The notes below the pieces were generated by a model. That model was given only the letters and a program-made list of their open reading frames with translations. It ran no database searches and was not told the origin of the DNA. A program made the position numbers and the translations under genes. Below, one piece after another: positions 1-9,001 of a stretch of 64,000 nt of DNA (positions within the stretch are counted from its first letter, which is position 1; every line of letters begins with the position of its first letter). Source of the DNA: a virus (Duplodnaviria; Caudoviricetes); IMG/VR virus record IMGVR_UViG_3300037419_001546, positions 1 through 64,000 of that record; one strand, given 5' to 3'.

Positions 1-1072
1 CGGTCGACGTCCGGGATATGACGGTGCCCAGATACACGGATCCGGTGAAGCCGTAGGTCGTTTGCAGCCTGCTGACCAGAGTCCGAACCGACGCCTGTAG
101 CCCCGCCAAGGTCGCGGACGCGCCGAAAATATCGTTGCTGCCGCCGCAGATCAGCACCTCATCGAGGGTGAACGTGCCGAGTGCCAGCCTGTCCCAGATG
201 TGCGCGACAGAAGCGTTCGACAGAGCGGTCGCATAGTCCGACAGTTTCCACCCGGCCAACGACATGTTCACGATCAACCTGTCGGTTTGCGCTGCCCAGA
301 GGTAAACGTTGCCCTTCCACAGCGGAGTCGGCGCGATGGTCGCGCTCGAGGTGCCCTTCGCGCCCGCGATCGGTTCGAAGATCGAGTCACCGATCACCAA
401 GCAAACTTTGCGGCGGGTGATCGTCTGATACTCGATGATCACATCGAACGGCACGGAGGTGACCGTGCCGCCCGAACCTGCCACTGTCGGATCCGTGGCC
501 GAGGTCGAGTTGGACCAGGTCCACGCCTTCCCGGCGCCGGTCTGCACCGCGGTCGAGCTGGCGAACGTCCAGCCGAACCCCACCAAAAACTCGGTGTTCG
601 CGGTGAATAGGCCCGGCCCGCTGGTCACCATCGGAGAGGTGTAATAGGTGCCGTCACCAGGGATCGTCTGATCCGTGGACACGATCGTCGTCGCCGTATT
701 GCCCGAGAAACTGCCCGTGTCCGCGCCGGTGTTGTCGCTCGTCGACGGCGGGCTGTGCAGGCCGACTACCAACTTCTTCAACGTGGCCGCGGTTTTCGCG
801 GTTTCGGCCGTGTCCCGGTTGCGGATCATGAGACGCCACTGCGTCACATCCACCGGCAGCTTCACGATAAAACGGGTCGATCCTGCCGTCCCCGCCGCCA
901 ACGACGAGGTGACCGTGCCACCGAGACCGCCGTTGCTATGCCGCAGCGTGCGAGTCACCAATGGGCCGCCGTACAGGTCGTCGATCGCGTCCTCGTAGCG
1001 GTTGAGGTTCGTGGCCGACAGGGGCGTTTCCGTGGAAGGCGCGTCCTGCCAAGTCATTCGGGTCCACGTCAT
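1..1072 (-). CDS. Tail-associated SGNH/GDSL hydrolase (3' end outside window)
   Basis: ATG at 1072 overlaps the stop of the upstream gene; homologous to 52095-53363, which shows GDS, GxND and DxxH motifs; not in the ORF track because it runs off the edge. Confidence 0.85.
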   Translation of the reverse strand, partial: MTWTRMTWQDAPSTETPLSATNLNRYEDAIDDLYGGPLVTRTLRHSNGGLGGTVTSSLAAGTAGSTRFIVKLPVDVTQWRLMIRNRDTAETAKTAATLKKLVVGLHSPPSTSDNTGADTGSFSGNTATTIVSTDQTIPGDGTYYTSPMVTSGPGLFTANTEFLVGFGWTFASSTAVQTGAGKAWTWSNSTSATDPTVAGSGGTVTSVPFDVIIEYQTITRRKVCLVIGDSIFEPIAGAKGTSSATIAPTPLWKGNVYLWAAQTDRLIVNMSLAGWKLSDYATALSNASVAHIWDRLALGTFTLDEVLICGGSNDIFGASATLAGLQASVRTLVSRLQTTYGFTGSVYLGTVISRTST

Positions 1073-1833
1073 GGCGCTCCTGGGTACAAAGTCGGAGAGG
1101 GGTAGAGAGTCGGGGACGGCAGCGGCGTCCCGGTCACTGTCGGCACCAGCGCGGTCGCGGTCGCGGTGGCAGTCGGCAGCGTGACCGACGCACCCGCGGT
1201 GACTGTCGGCACGAGCGCGCCGGCCGAAGCCTGGGCGCGCGGCAGGGTGAGGCTCTGGCCGTAGGAGAACGACGGCAGCAGCGCGTCGGCGGTGGCGGCT
1301 GCCGGCGAGGGAGCAATGCTTGCTCCGGCCGTCGTGGTCGGGACGAGAGCTTCGGCAACCGCGGTGGCGGTGGGGAGTTGGACGACGGCGACCACCGATA
1401 TCGTCGGCACGAGCGCCGTGGCTACTGCCGTGGCGCGGGGCAACAGAACCTCGCCAGACGAAACCACCTGGATCGAGGGCACAAGCGCCGTCGCGGCGGC
1501 GGTCGCAACCGGAAGTTCCACCGATGCTCCGGCGGCGATCGCGGGCACCGCGGCCGCGGCCGAAGCGGTGGCGGGCTGCAGGTCGACGTGGGCGCCTGCT
1601 GTCACCGTGATGAGAAGCGCCTCGGACACGGCCTGCGCGATCGGCAAGGCGACTGCAGCGCCACCGCCGATGATCGGCACCCGCGCGGTCGCGGTCGCGG
1701 TGGCGCGGGGCAGGGCCACGACAGCGGGCATGGTGCCGTCGAAGATGACCTGCTCGCCGAGCATCACCTTGATGACGGGGGTGGCGGCGAACCGAATGTA
1801 TTTCGGCGCCTTCCCATTGCCGAACAGGGCCAT
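1069..1833 (-). CDS. Minor tail protein with ~20-aa Ala/Val/Pro repeats
   Basis: Repeats of VxLPxATAxAxALVPTV; C-terminal LYPSPTLYPG; homolog at 53364-54158. Confidence 0.7.
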   Translation of the reverse strand: MALFGNGKAPKYIRFAATPVIKVMLGEQVIFDGTMPAVVALPRATATATARVPIIGGGAAVALPIAQAVSEALLITVTAGAHVDLQPATASAAAAVPAIAAGASVELPVATAAATALVPSIQVVSSGEVLLPRATAVATALVPTISVVAVVQLPTATAVAEALVPTTTAGASIAPSPAAATADALLPSFSYGQSLTLPRAQASAGALVPTVTAGASVTLPTATATATALVPTVTGTPLPSPTLYPSPTLYPGAP

Positions 1834-1846
1834 GGTCAGCCCCGAT

Positions 1847-2287
1847 TCAGGAGATGGTTACGGTGCACAAGCCGCCCGCATTGACCGTCGAGGAGAAGGT
1901 GCTCGAGGTGACCGGAATGTCGGTGGCGAACGCCACGTACATGATCAGCGGACGGGTCGCGTCTGATCCGGGGGTCGAGTCGTAGATGACCAGGTTCCTG
2001 GCGGTGAAGCTCGCGCTCGGCCCCCAGGAGAAGTCGTCACAGTCCAGCTTCAGAGTGCCGGACGGCCCGTCGTAGGAGATCACGCAGTTGGCCAGCGTGA
2101 GACCGCCCGCCGTGTATCCGGTGCCGCTGACCTCATTGGTGACATCCGACTTGTATTGGTGCGCAGCCTTATCCGGCGTGTACAAGCTGGTGGTCAGCAT
2201 CGCCTTCATGGTGTCGCTGTTGAAGTCGATCTCCTTGTTGAACGCGGAGACGAATGCCTTGCCGTAGAACTTCGCGATATCCGGCAT
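1847..2287 (-). CDS. Minor tail protein
   Basis: Clear homolog at 54158-54595 (AKFYGK..NKE....SDT.K.ML). Confidence 0.7.
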   Translation of the reverse strand: MPDIAKFYGKAFVSAFNKEIDFNSDTMKAMLTTSLYTPDKAAHQYKSDVTNEVSGTGYTAGGLTLANCVISYDGPSGTLKLDCDDFSWGPSASFTARNLVIYDSTPGSDATRPLIMYVAFATDIPVTSSTFSSTVNAGGLCTVTIS

Positions 2288-2306
2288 GTCGTATTCCTTT
2301 CGGTCC

Positions 2307-2717
2307 TCAGCCTTCGAGGACCACGTAGAGGGTTTCGGGGTCGGGAGTGGTGAGCGCCAGGTACGCGGACTCGGTGATCAGCTGGATGCGGCGCACGCCG
2401 CCGGCGTCGATGACGGCGTGGGCCTGCTCGGCCGGAGATACCGGCAGCGCCGCTTCGATGAGCGGCCATAACCGAATCGGAGTCGCCGACTCGGGGATCT
2501 GGATCGCGTACTCGCTGATGCCGATACCGACGATCGCCGGGCCCGGCTCCAGATCGGGAGTCGTGAGCACGCCCCCGACGGCGGTCAGCTGGATCATCCA
2601 GGGCGTGATGAGCGCGGTGTCGTCGTCGCTGTCGCGCACGCTCGGCGACCGGAAGGTCAGCACGGTGGTGTTGTCCACGCCCGCGATGGAATGGACGTTC
2701 TCGCTGATGACGGTCAT
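2307..2717 (-). CDS. Minor tail / tail-fibre-associated protein
   Basis: C-terminal YLALTTPDPETLYVV motif typical of phage fibre proteins; homolog at 54633-55040. Confidence 0.65.
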   Translation of the reverse strand: MTVISENVHSIAGVDNTTVLTFRSPSVRDSDDDTALITPWMIQLTAVGGVLTTPDLEPGPAIVGIGISEYAIQIPESATPIRLWPLIEAALPVSPAEQAHAVIDAGGVRRIQLITESAYLALTTPDPETLYVVLEG

Positions 2718-3032
2718 CTACCGCACCTCCGAATAGCCGGCCATCACCAGCGCCAGCCAGTGCGCGCCGTCGATCCGCTCCTGCGTGTCCGGCTCGTGAG
2801 GCAGCACATACGATCCCGCGCGCCGCTTCACCGACAGCTCGACGCACGCGCCTGTCTCGGTCGCCGGCACCAGTCCGACCTCGGGTTCCTGATGCTTGCC
2901 GAACGAGGGCTGCGCCCACACGGTCACGTAGTCGGCGCCGTGATACGGCGGGTCGACTTTGAAGCAGCGCGCTGGGCCGGGGAATCCGCCCACGCTGTCG
3001 ATATGCACTGTGGCAGTAGCCATCTCAATCAA
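2718..3032 (-). CDS. Hypothetical protein in tail module
   Basis: ORF abutting both neighbours. Confidence 0.6.
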   Translation of the reverse strand: MIEMATATVHIDSVGGFPGPARCFKVDPPYHGADYVTVWAQPSFGKHQEPEVGLVPATETGACVELSVKRRAGSYVLPHEPDTQERIDGAHWLALVMAGYSEVR

Positions 3033-3627
3033 GCTCCTGTCTGTATTCGATGACGGTCACGACTCCCCCGGCGCCCGATGCGCCCGCACCGCCGCCACCC
3101 GCCGGGAATCCACCTGCGGCGCCGCTGTTCCCGCCACCACCGGATTGGCAGACCTGCCAGAACGCGGGGTTGCTGGTCCCGGCCGGGACCTGCCCGGACT
3201 TGCCGCCGGTCGCGCCTGATCCGGCTCCGCCGCCGCCGCCGGCCAGCAGGCGCACCACGCCGGAGGTGACCGATTCCCCTGCGACACCGGAACCACCCCC
3301 CGTGCCGCCGCGCATGAACGACAGCCCCCCGGCGCCCCCGTTGGCTCCACCGTCACCGGGCCGGGCCGAGAGATAGTCGCCGAACGCGGACAGACCACCA
3401 TCTCCGCCCGAGCCGCCTCCAGCGCCCACGATCACCGCGACCGAATCATCCAGTTCGAGGCTGCTGATTCGGCGAGTGGTGGTGACCGCGCACCCGCCGC
3501 CGCCACCGGTGCTGGCTGAGCCGCCGCCACCGGCCGATCGGAGGATGAGCTCGATCGCTTGCAGGCCAGAAGGTTTCAGCCAGGTGGCGTTCGCGGTGTA
3601 GACCCGCACCACGGACACGAACGGCAT
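3025..3627 (-). CDS. Glycine-rich minor tail protein
   Basis: Start MPFVSVVRVYTANATW; GGGG-rich repeats; ends GVVTVIEY. Confidence 0.7.
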   Translation of the reverse strand: MPFVSVVRVYTANATWLKPSGLQAIELILRSAGGGGSASTGGGGGCAVTTTRRISSLELDDSVAVIVGAGGGSGGDGGLSAFGDYLSARPGDGGANGGAGGLSFMRGGTGGGSGVAGESVTSGVVRLLAGGGGGAGSGATGGKSGQVPAGTSNPAFWQVCQSGGGGNSGAAGGFPAGGGGAGASGAGGVVTVIEYRQELD

Positions 3628-4781
3628 TACGTCATCCGCTCGATCACGTAGATGATGCCGTTGGCACCGGGACCGCCGAAGGTAGCTCCGCCGACGCCGC
3701 AAGCAGATCCGCCGCCCCCACCGCCCGGGTAAGCGCCAGCCCCTCCACCTGCGCTGCCGCTGACGCCGCCGCCACCGCCACCACCACCGGTGGCGACGAT
3801 CTCCGAGGGAGACTGACCGGGACTACCAGGGTTGCCGACCCCGCCACCCGGTGAGATTCCTCCGGCCGCGCCCGCGGTGCCCACCACAGCACCCCCTCCG
3901 GCACCGCCGCCGCCGCCACCGCCGTAGAGGCCGTAAGCCGACACCGACGAGGTCGGCGCAGTGGGCGCGACGTTGGAATAGCCACCGCGGCCGCCGTTGC
4001 CGCCCGGGATCATGCCGACCCCTCCCTGGGCGACCGGCCCAGGCGCGCCCCACGCGCCGCCGACGCCGCCACCGCCGAGCAGCCACTGCTGGCCAGCGTT
4101 GCCAACCTCCGGCCCGAACTTGCTGTTGCCGCCGCCGGTGCCGAAACCGGAATCGGATGCAGCGCCCGCCCCGCCGGCGCCGATGACGATCTGGATGGGC
4201 TTGAATGAGCCGTCCGGATTGGTGGGCAGCAGGCTTGCCGGGACCGACGTGTGAGTCTCACCGCCCCCGGATCCGCCGCCACCCGACCGGGCGCCGGAGA
4301 CCGCGAAGTCGTAGCTGCCGGAACCGCCACCACCGCCGGCGCCGATGATGATCACGTCCACCGACAAGATCCCCGGCGATGGGACGTAGGTGTTGTTGCT
4401 GGTGAAGACTTTCGCTTCGCCCTGCAGCACCAGCTGATCGAATGCCTCTCGCAGTTCGGTGATCGACTGCGAATGGTCGGTGATGACTGGAAGGGCCTGG
4501 ATGTAGGCGTTGTTCACGGTGCCAGTGATCGCGTCGATCAGGTTGGCGAATCCGTTCAGCAGCGTCGCGATCGCGCCGCCGATCAGCGACAAGATCATGC
4601 CGATCAGGCCGCCGTTCAGGTTGGACCAGATGGTGTTCGACTCGATATCGCTCACCATCGCGTCAGTCATGTTGGACTGGTTGCGCCCGGCCATGCCGGG
4701 GATAGAGCCGTCGGCGCCGAGCCCCCACTGGCCGCCGTCAGCCGACCCGGAGCCGCCGATCGGGAAACTCACGGAGTGCAC
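3627..4781 (-). CDS. Glycine-rich minor tail protein
   Basis: VFTSNNTYVPS..VDVIIIGAGGGG and GANGIIYVIE, a glycine-rich domain typical of actinophage tails. Confidence 0.75.
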   Translation of the reverse strand: MHSVSFPIGGSGSADGGQWGLGADGSIPGMAGRNQSNMTDAMVSDIESNTIWSNLNGGLIGMILSLIGGAIATLLNGFANLIDAITGTVNNAYIQALPVITDHSQSITELREAFDQLVLQGEAKVFTSNNTYVPSPGILSVDVIIIGAGGGGGSGSYDFAVSGARSGGGGSGGGETHTSVPASLLPTNPDGSFKPIQIVIGAGGAGAASDSGFGTGGGNSKFGPEVGNAGQQWLLGGGGVGGAWGAPGPVAQGGVGMIPGGNGGRGGYSNVAPTAPTSSVSAYGLYGGGGGGGAGGGAVVGTAGAAGGISPGGGVGNPGSPGQSPSEIVATGGGGGGGGVSGSAGGGAGAYPGGGGGGSACGVGGATFGGPGANGIIYVIERMT

Positions 4782-5185
4782 CCCAAGGTGCTCAGCCCGC
4801 GGGCGATCGTGTCGGCAGCGGTCTTGCGCAGCTGCACCTGCTCAGCGGTTGCGGTGGGTGCAGGCGGATTCACTCGCAGCGACAGCGCGAGGAACTCATA
4901 CAGCGGGCACAGGATCTCCGTGCTCGTCCGAGCCTGCACCTGTTGAAGCTGATGCTGATTCGTTTCGACCTGCTGGTACAGCCGCCCGAACGCGCCGGTG
5001 AGGCCGAAGATCAGGATGATCCCGAAGAGCGCCGCGACGAGCATGATTCGCGTGGAATGGATATCGCGTGTGTGTCGTTTGAGCGCGTCGATGACCTGTT
5101 GCTGTGTGTCGATGCGGTCGTTCAGTGCTCGTACCTCGGTCGTGAGGTCGTCTACCGACCCGGCCAGTTCTGCCTCATCCATCAC
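4769..5185 (-). CDS. Membrane protein (lysis-cassette associated)
   Basis: One hydrophobic helix flanked by coiled coils. Confidence 0.6.
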   Translation of the reverse strand: MMDEAELAGSVDDLTTEVRALNDRIDTQQQVIDALKRHTRDIHSTRIMLVAALFGIILIFGLTGAFGRLYQQVETNQHQLQQVQARTSTEILCPLYEFLALSLRVNPPAPTATAEQVQLRKTAADTIARGLSTLGCTP

Positions 5186-5346
5186 GACCTTCCTTCCCGG
5201 CTGCGGGGTTTGACCTGCGTTTCAAGATCAGTCAGCTGAGTGCCGAGGACACCGAGCAGCGTTTTCAGCAGACCGATGGTTTCGTGCGTCGCGCGCAGCG
5301 TTTCTTCGAATCGGTCATCGTCCCGCTCGTATTTGTCCGGCATCAT
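5182..5346 (-). CDS. Small hypothetical protein (54 aa, MMPDKYERDDD...)
   Basis: Read by hand; fills the gap exactly with overlapping start/stop codons on both sides. Confidence 0.6.
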   Translation of the reverse strand: MMPDKYERDDDRFEETLRATHETIGLLKTLLGVLGTQLTDLETQVKPRSREGRS

Positions 5347-5711
5347 GTCCGCCGATCCCGCTTCTCGATGTCGAGGTCGCGCATGATTTCGAACGCCTCC
5401 CGAATGGCGTCGGTCGCTCGCACCAGATCGCCGGCGAGCTTGTCGTTGACGAGCTTGTTCAGCTCTCTCAGCTCTCCCTCGAGCCGGTCGCCTCGCATCA
5501 CCTCGCGGTCGTAGGCCGCGTCCGCCCGAGCGACAGCAGCCTTGTGGCTCGCCTCGATTCGCACGAGTTCTTCCTGGTGCTGGGCCACGAGGCGGTTGAA
5601 GATCTTGACGACAGCCCAGATGCAGATCGCAGCGATGACGCCGATGGCGCCGTACTGAGGGAGAGTGCTATTGAGATCGGGGGCCTGCTGAGTCAGCAGC
5701 GATAGGCCCAC
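5343..5711 (-). CDS. Membrane protein (lysis-cassette associated)
   Basis: N-terminal TM helix YGAIGVIAAICIWAVV followed by a coiled coil. Confidence 0.6.
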   Translation of the reverse strand: MGLSLLTQQAPDLNSTLPQYGAIGVIAAICIWAVVKIFNRLVAQHQEELVRIEASHKAAVARADAAYDREVMRGDRLEGELRELNKLVNDKLAGDLVRATDAIREAFEIMRDLDIEKRDRRT

Positions 5712-5926
5712 TACTCACCATCGCTACCCGCGAGTTTGGCGACTGGGGTCACCGCGGGCCGGATCAGAATTCCGGCGATCAGCGCGGACAGCGCCGTGTA
5801 GACGTTGACCACGACGTCGATCCACCCGATGTCGACGTTGTGTCCGATGACAAGCGCAACGATGCCGGTGATGGTTACCAGCGCGGACCGGATGAGCGCA
5901 GGTTCGGGGACTCGTGAGATCTTCAC
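5711..5926 (-). CDS. Holin-like membrane protein
   Basis: 71 aa, two TM helices, begins EPALIRSALV, directly after the endolysin. Confidence 0.7.
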   Translation of the reverse strand: MKISRVPEPALIRSALVTITGIVALVIGHNVDIGWIDVVVNVYTALSALIAGILIRPAVTPVAKLAGSDGE

Positions 5927-6768
5927 TTCTCGGCCGCCTTCTTGATCTCGGCGAGCGCGTCGACCGGAGTGAGATTCGCGCCGTCGGCGTTCTGGCCGAG
6001 CTGCGGCCAGCCCTCGCCCTTCGGTCCGCGCAGCTGATCCCAGACATCGCGGGTCTTCGTCAGCAGTTCGCGCTGTTCGTCGTCGGTGAGTGCCATGAGG
6101 AAACCTCCTGTTCCGATGCCGCACGCCGCGGCAAGTTCCTTGGACGACAAGCCGTTTGCGCTGTTCATGTCGCACCGGCCAAACGGGGGTGCGCCCTCGG
6201 GCAGGCCGCCGCCATAGCCCTGGCCGTCGGTGTATTGGTGCGCGATCATTCCGCGCTCGATATCGCTCAGATCCGGCCAGCCGGGGCGGCTGAATACCGG
6301 CGTCCGCCCGTACGACGGCACAACGAATTTCGTCGGCGCACGGTCGAGCCAGATGTGATGGTCGTTCGGGTTCAGGTAGCTGATCACCCGAGGCGTGTCG
6401 CCGCCGAGGTGTTCGCGGGTGCCCCACCAGAGCCGGTTGATGGAATCGCTGTTGTCGCCGAAGATCTGGTCGCCCCAGCTCTCGACATCCAGCATCGCGG
6501 CCAGGCCCTCGTGGCCGGAGCCGATCGAATCGACGAAGGTCTGCAGAGTGTCCGCCCAGTTCGGCCGGTACACGAAGTAGACGATGAATCCGTCCAGGCG
6601 ACCGGCATCGACCGAGCGCCGGCACCAGTCGTAGTTCTCCCGGAACTTGCGGTCGCGGTAGGTGCCGTCGTTCGAGCGGATGGAGATGAACCGGTATCCG
6701 GCATCGGTGTACGAGTCGTCGACGTAGGTCTGCCACTCCGATACGTCGGCGAACAGGGTGTCGGTCAC
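5923..6768 (-). CDS. lysA: Endolysin (LysA), GH25-type muramidase with C-terminal GWPQLG domain
   Basis: FADVSEWQ start, MLDVE motif, HQYTD and CDMN, typical of GH25 lysins; GTG start at 6768. Confidence 0.8.
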   Translation of the reverse strand: MTDTLFADVSEWQTYVDDSYTDAGYRFISIRSNDGTYRDRKFRENYDWCRRSVDAGRLDGFIVYFVYRPNWADTLQTFVDSIGSGHEGLAAMLDVESWGDQIFGDNSDSINRLWWGTREHLGGDTPRVISYLNPNDHHIWLDRAPTKFVVPSYGRTPVFSRPGWPDLSDIERGMIAHQYTDGQGYGGGLPEGAPPFGRCDMNSANGLSSKELAAACGIGTGGFLMALTDDEQRELLTKTRDVWDQLRGPKGEGWPQLGQNADGANLTPVDALAEIKKAAEK

Positions 6769-7304
6769 GATTCCTCCTTGGTGGCGGCCTGTTCGGCCAG
6801 CTGCTGCTGGACCTTCATGAACTCGGCGCCGATCTGGTTCAGCTGCGCCATGTACAGCGGCAGCTGCTTGGCCTGCTCCTGGCGGGCCTGCTCGCGCTGC
6901 TCGGGCGTCATGTTCCGGATCTGCTGAGCCATGACCGGATTGACGGCCTCCAAGATCTGGTGCAGCTGCGCCTTCTGTTGCTCCGGAGTGGAGGACGACT
7001 GCTCCTGCGCTTCGGGGTATTTCGCGCGTGGCACCCAGTTCGCGGGGTTCAGCCACGCCGCCTCCGGATGCTCACCCGGGGCGGGCAGTTCCTCCATGAG
7101 TTCCGGGTGCACACGAACACCACGGCGCAGCAGCTGCTCGACCCACGGGGCGCGGCCCTTCGGATGGATAGCCACGGCGACGCCGTCGCGGTGGCCGGGC
7201 ATCACATCCAAGATCGCGAACAGCATCGCGAACTGGTCGGCGTCTGCATGGAAAATCGGATGCTGCGGATCCGAATCCTGTTCGGGCACAGGGTAACTCC
7301 TCAC
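6765..7304 (-). CDS. DUF2744-like conserved tail-region protein
   Basis: Position after the large minor tail gene as in mycobacteriophages; counterpart at 59099-59779. Confidence 0.55.
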   Translation of the reverse strand: MRSYPVPEQDSDPQHPIFHADADQFAMLFAILDVMPGHRDGVAVAIHPKGRAPWVEQLLRRGVRVHPELMEELPAPGEHPEAAWLNPANWVPRAKYPEAQEQSSSTPEQQKAQLHQILEAVNPVMAQQIRNMTPEQREQARQEQAKQLPLYMAQLNQIGAEFMKVQQQLAEQAATKEES

Positions 7305-9001
7305 GAAATCAGGTGGACGCCGATGTTCTGCAGGGTGGTGAGCGCGGTGTTCAGCAACTTCGCCTGCCGCTCGGCTGTGGACATGGCCGCTTTTGCCTTA
7401 CCGACCGCGATGTCCCAGCCGTAGTCCTTGCCGGACGGGAAATCCCAGCCCAGTTCCATCGAGTCGACCTGGTCGACGAAGAACTTGTCGGTCACGTCGG
7501 CTTCGGTGCTGGAGATGCGCTGGCCGATGTCGAAGTCCAGGCCGGGCAGGAACTCACCGCCCTGGCGGATGGAGAACTGGTGGCTGGTTTGGCTCGCGCT
7601 GGATTCGAACCCTGCGCGGATCGCGGCGATCGCCGACAGGCTCCACGAATTGTTCTCGGCGCCCTGCTGGAATATCTCGTACAGGTGCACCCAGCCGAGG
7701 TCGTGGGCGCGAGAGTTGTTGGTCCACTGCAGCCAGGCGAGGATGCAGCCGACCAGGAACGGCATCACCAGGTCGGAGACGATGCTGCCCAGGTCGCTGA
7801 ATCCGCCGAGCAGGAAGTAGCCGGCCAGCGCGGCGGTGGTGTTGATGACGAGTTTCGCCACACCATCCGCCAGGGGGTTGTCGCCACCGACGATCACAGA
7901 GACCGCGGTGGCCGGCGCCCAGGTGACTTCGCTGTCCCCGATCTGGCTATATCGGTTGTCCCGCATCACCACCCAGGGGTGCGATGGGATCATGCCGAGA
8001 TACCAGGGCTCGTAGTACGGATCCGGGAAAGACTCATCGTCGGAGACCGTGGTGCGGATTGTCTCGACGTATCCGTCGAGGAACGACGCAACCGTGCGGG
8101 CCAGTCCGCCACCGATACCGCCACCGGTGCCGGTACCGTTCGGGCCCCAGAACCCGCTGTTGTCGACGACCTCCAGCACGAGTGCGCCGTTCCGGCACAC
8201 AGGCACCCCGGGGACAGGGCAGGTTTCGCCGTCGACCGTGAGGATTCGCCGGTAGGTGAGCGTCAGCTGTGCGTCCTCGAGCGCGTCCCCGATGACCTGG
8301 TCCATGCGGTTCATACGCGTGGCGAGGATGGTCCACATCGAGCTGTCGTCGAGGTCGAAAGCCTTCGCGTTGATGAGGACTTGCCAGTCGCTCCAGTCGA
8401 TCAGGTCGTCGTATTCGTCCCACGCGAACGGGTCCGACGGAAGGTTCCACAGGTGCCCGTTCAACCGGATCAGATTCAGCAGGATCATCATGCTGATCGC
8501 CCACTTCGCAGGGCCCAGGATGGGCAGCACCCGCGGCCCCTGGAAGATGGGGATGGGCAGTGCGGGGTTGGGCGGACCGAGCATGAACTGCAGGAACTGC
8601 AGGTCATCCACGAAGGTCGCTTCTACGAACTTGACCCGATTCTGTGTGCGGACCTTGACGTTGTTCAGCAGGCCTGACCAGCGTTTCGCGGCCATATGGT
8701 CGACGGTTATGACCACGTTCTTCTTGGCCTCTGGATCTTCGGGAATCGACAGCAGCCAGCGAGCCATTGGGTGATTCAGAGGCAGCCGCAGAATGCCCTT
8801 CTGCGACTGGTTATTTCGCCACGGGAATTTCCCGCCGACAGTCCGCGGGACGCGTCCCTGCAGCAGGAGGCCGGCCGACGAATCGGGTTGGTTCTTCCAC
8901 AGCCGAATCAGCGGCGGAGTCCGGCGCAGCGTCTTGTACCAGCCACGGATCTCATCGGTCTGCGCCTGCAGCGCCGGAATGTCGACGATTGTCGTCGTCA
9001 C
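7301..9001 (-). CDS. Minor tail protein (Tal/baseplate hub-like)
   Basis: Second gene after the tape measure; typical actinophage gp28-like sequence. Confidence 0.8.
   Translation of the reverse strand: MTTTIVDIPALQAQTDEIRGWYKTLRRTPPLIRLWKNQPDSSAGLLLQGRVPRTVGGKFPWRNNQSQKGILRLPLNHPMARWLLSIPEDPEAKKNVVITVDHMAAKRWSGLLNNVKVRTQNRVKFVEATFVDDLQFLQFMLGPPNPALPIPIFQGPRVLPILGPAKWAISMMILLNLIRLNGHLWNLPSDPFAWDEYDDLIDWSDWQVLINAKAFDLDDSSMWTILATRMNRMDQVIGDALEDAQLTLTYRRILTVDGETCPVPGVPVCRNGALVLEVVDNSGFWGPNGTGTGGGIGGGLARTVASFLDGYVETIRTTVSDDESFPDPYYEPWYLGMIPSHPWVVMRDNRYSQIGDSEVTWAPATAVSVIVGGDNPLADGVAKLVINTTAALAGYFLLGGFSDLGSIVSDLVMPFLVGCILAWLQWTNNSRAHDLGWVHLYEIFQQGAENNSWSLSAIAAIRAGFESSASQTSHQFSIRQGGEFLPGLDFDIGQRISSTEADVTDKFFVDQVDSMELGWDFPSGKDYGWDIAVGKAKAAMSTAERQAKLLNTALTTLQNIGVHLIS

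Noticed and set aside
1-1072. Terminal redundancy or circular-assembly overlap with 52292 onward
   Set aside because: The copies diverge after ~127 nt and the adjacent genes differ, so they are paralogous phage modules, not the same sequence twice.
1-4781. Diversity-generating retroelement acting on tail genes
   Set aside because: No reverse transcriptase; differences between the repeated regions are mostly synonymous and not adenine-specific.
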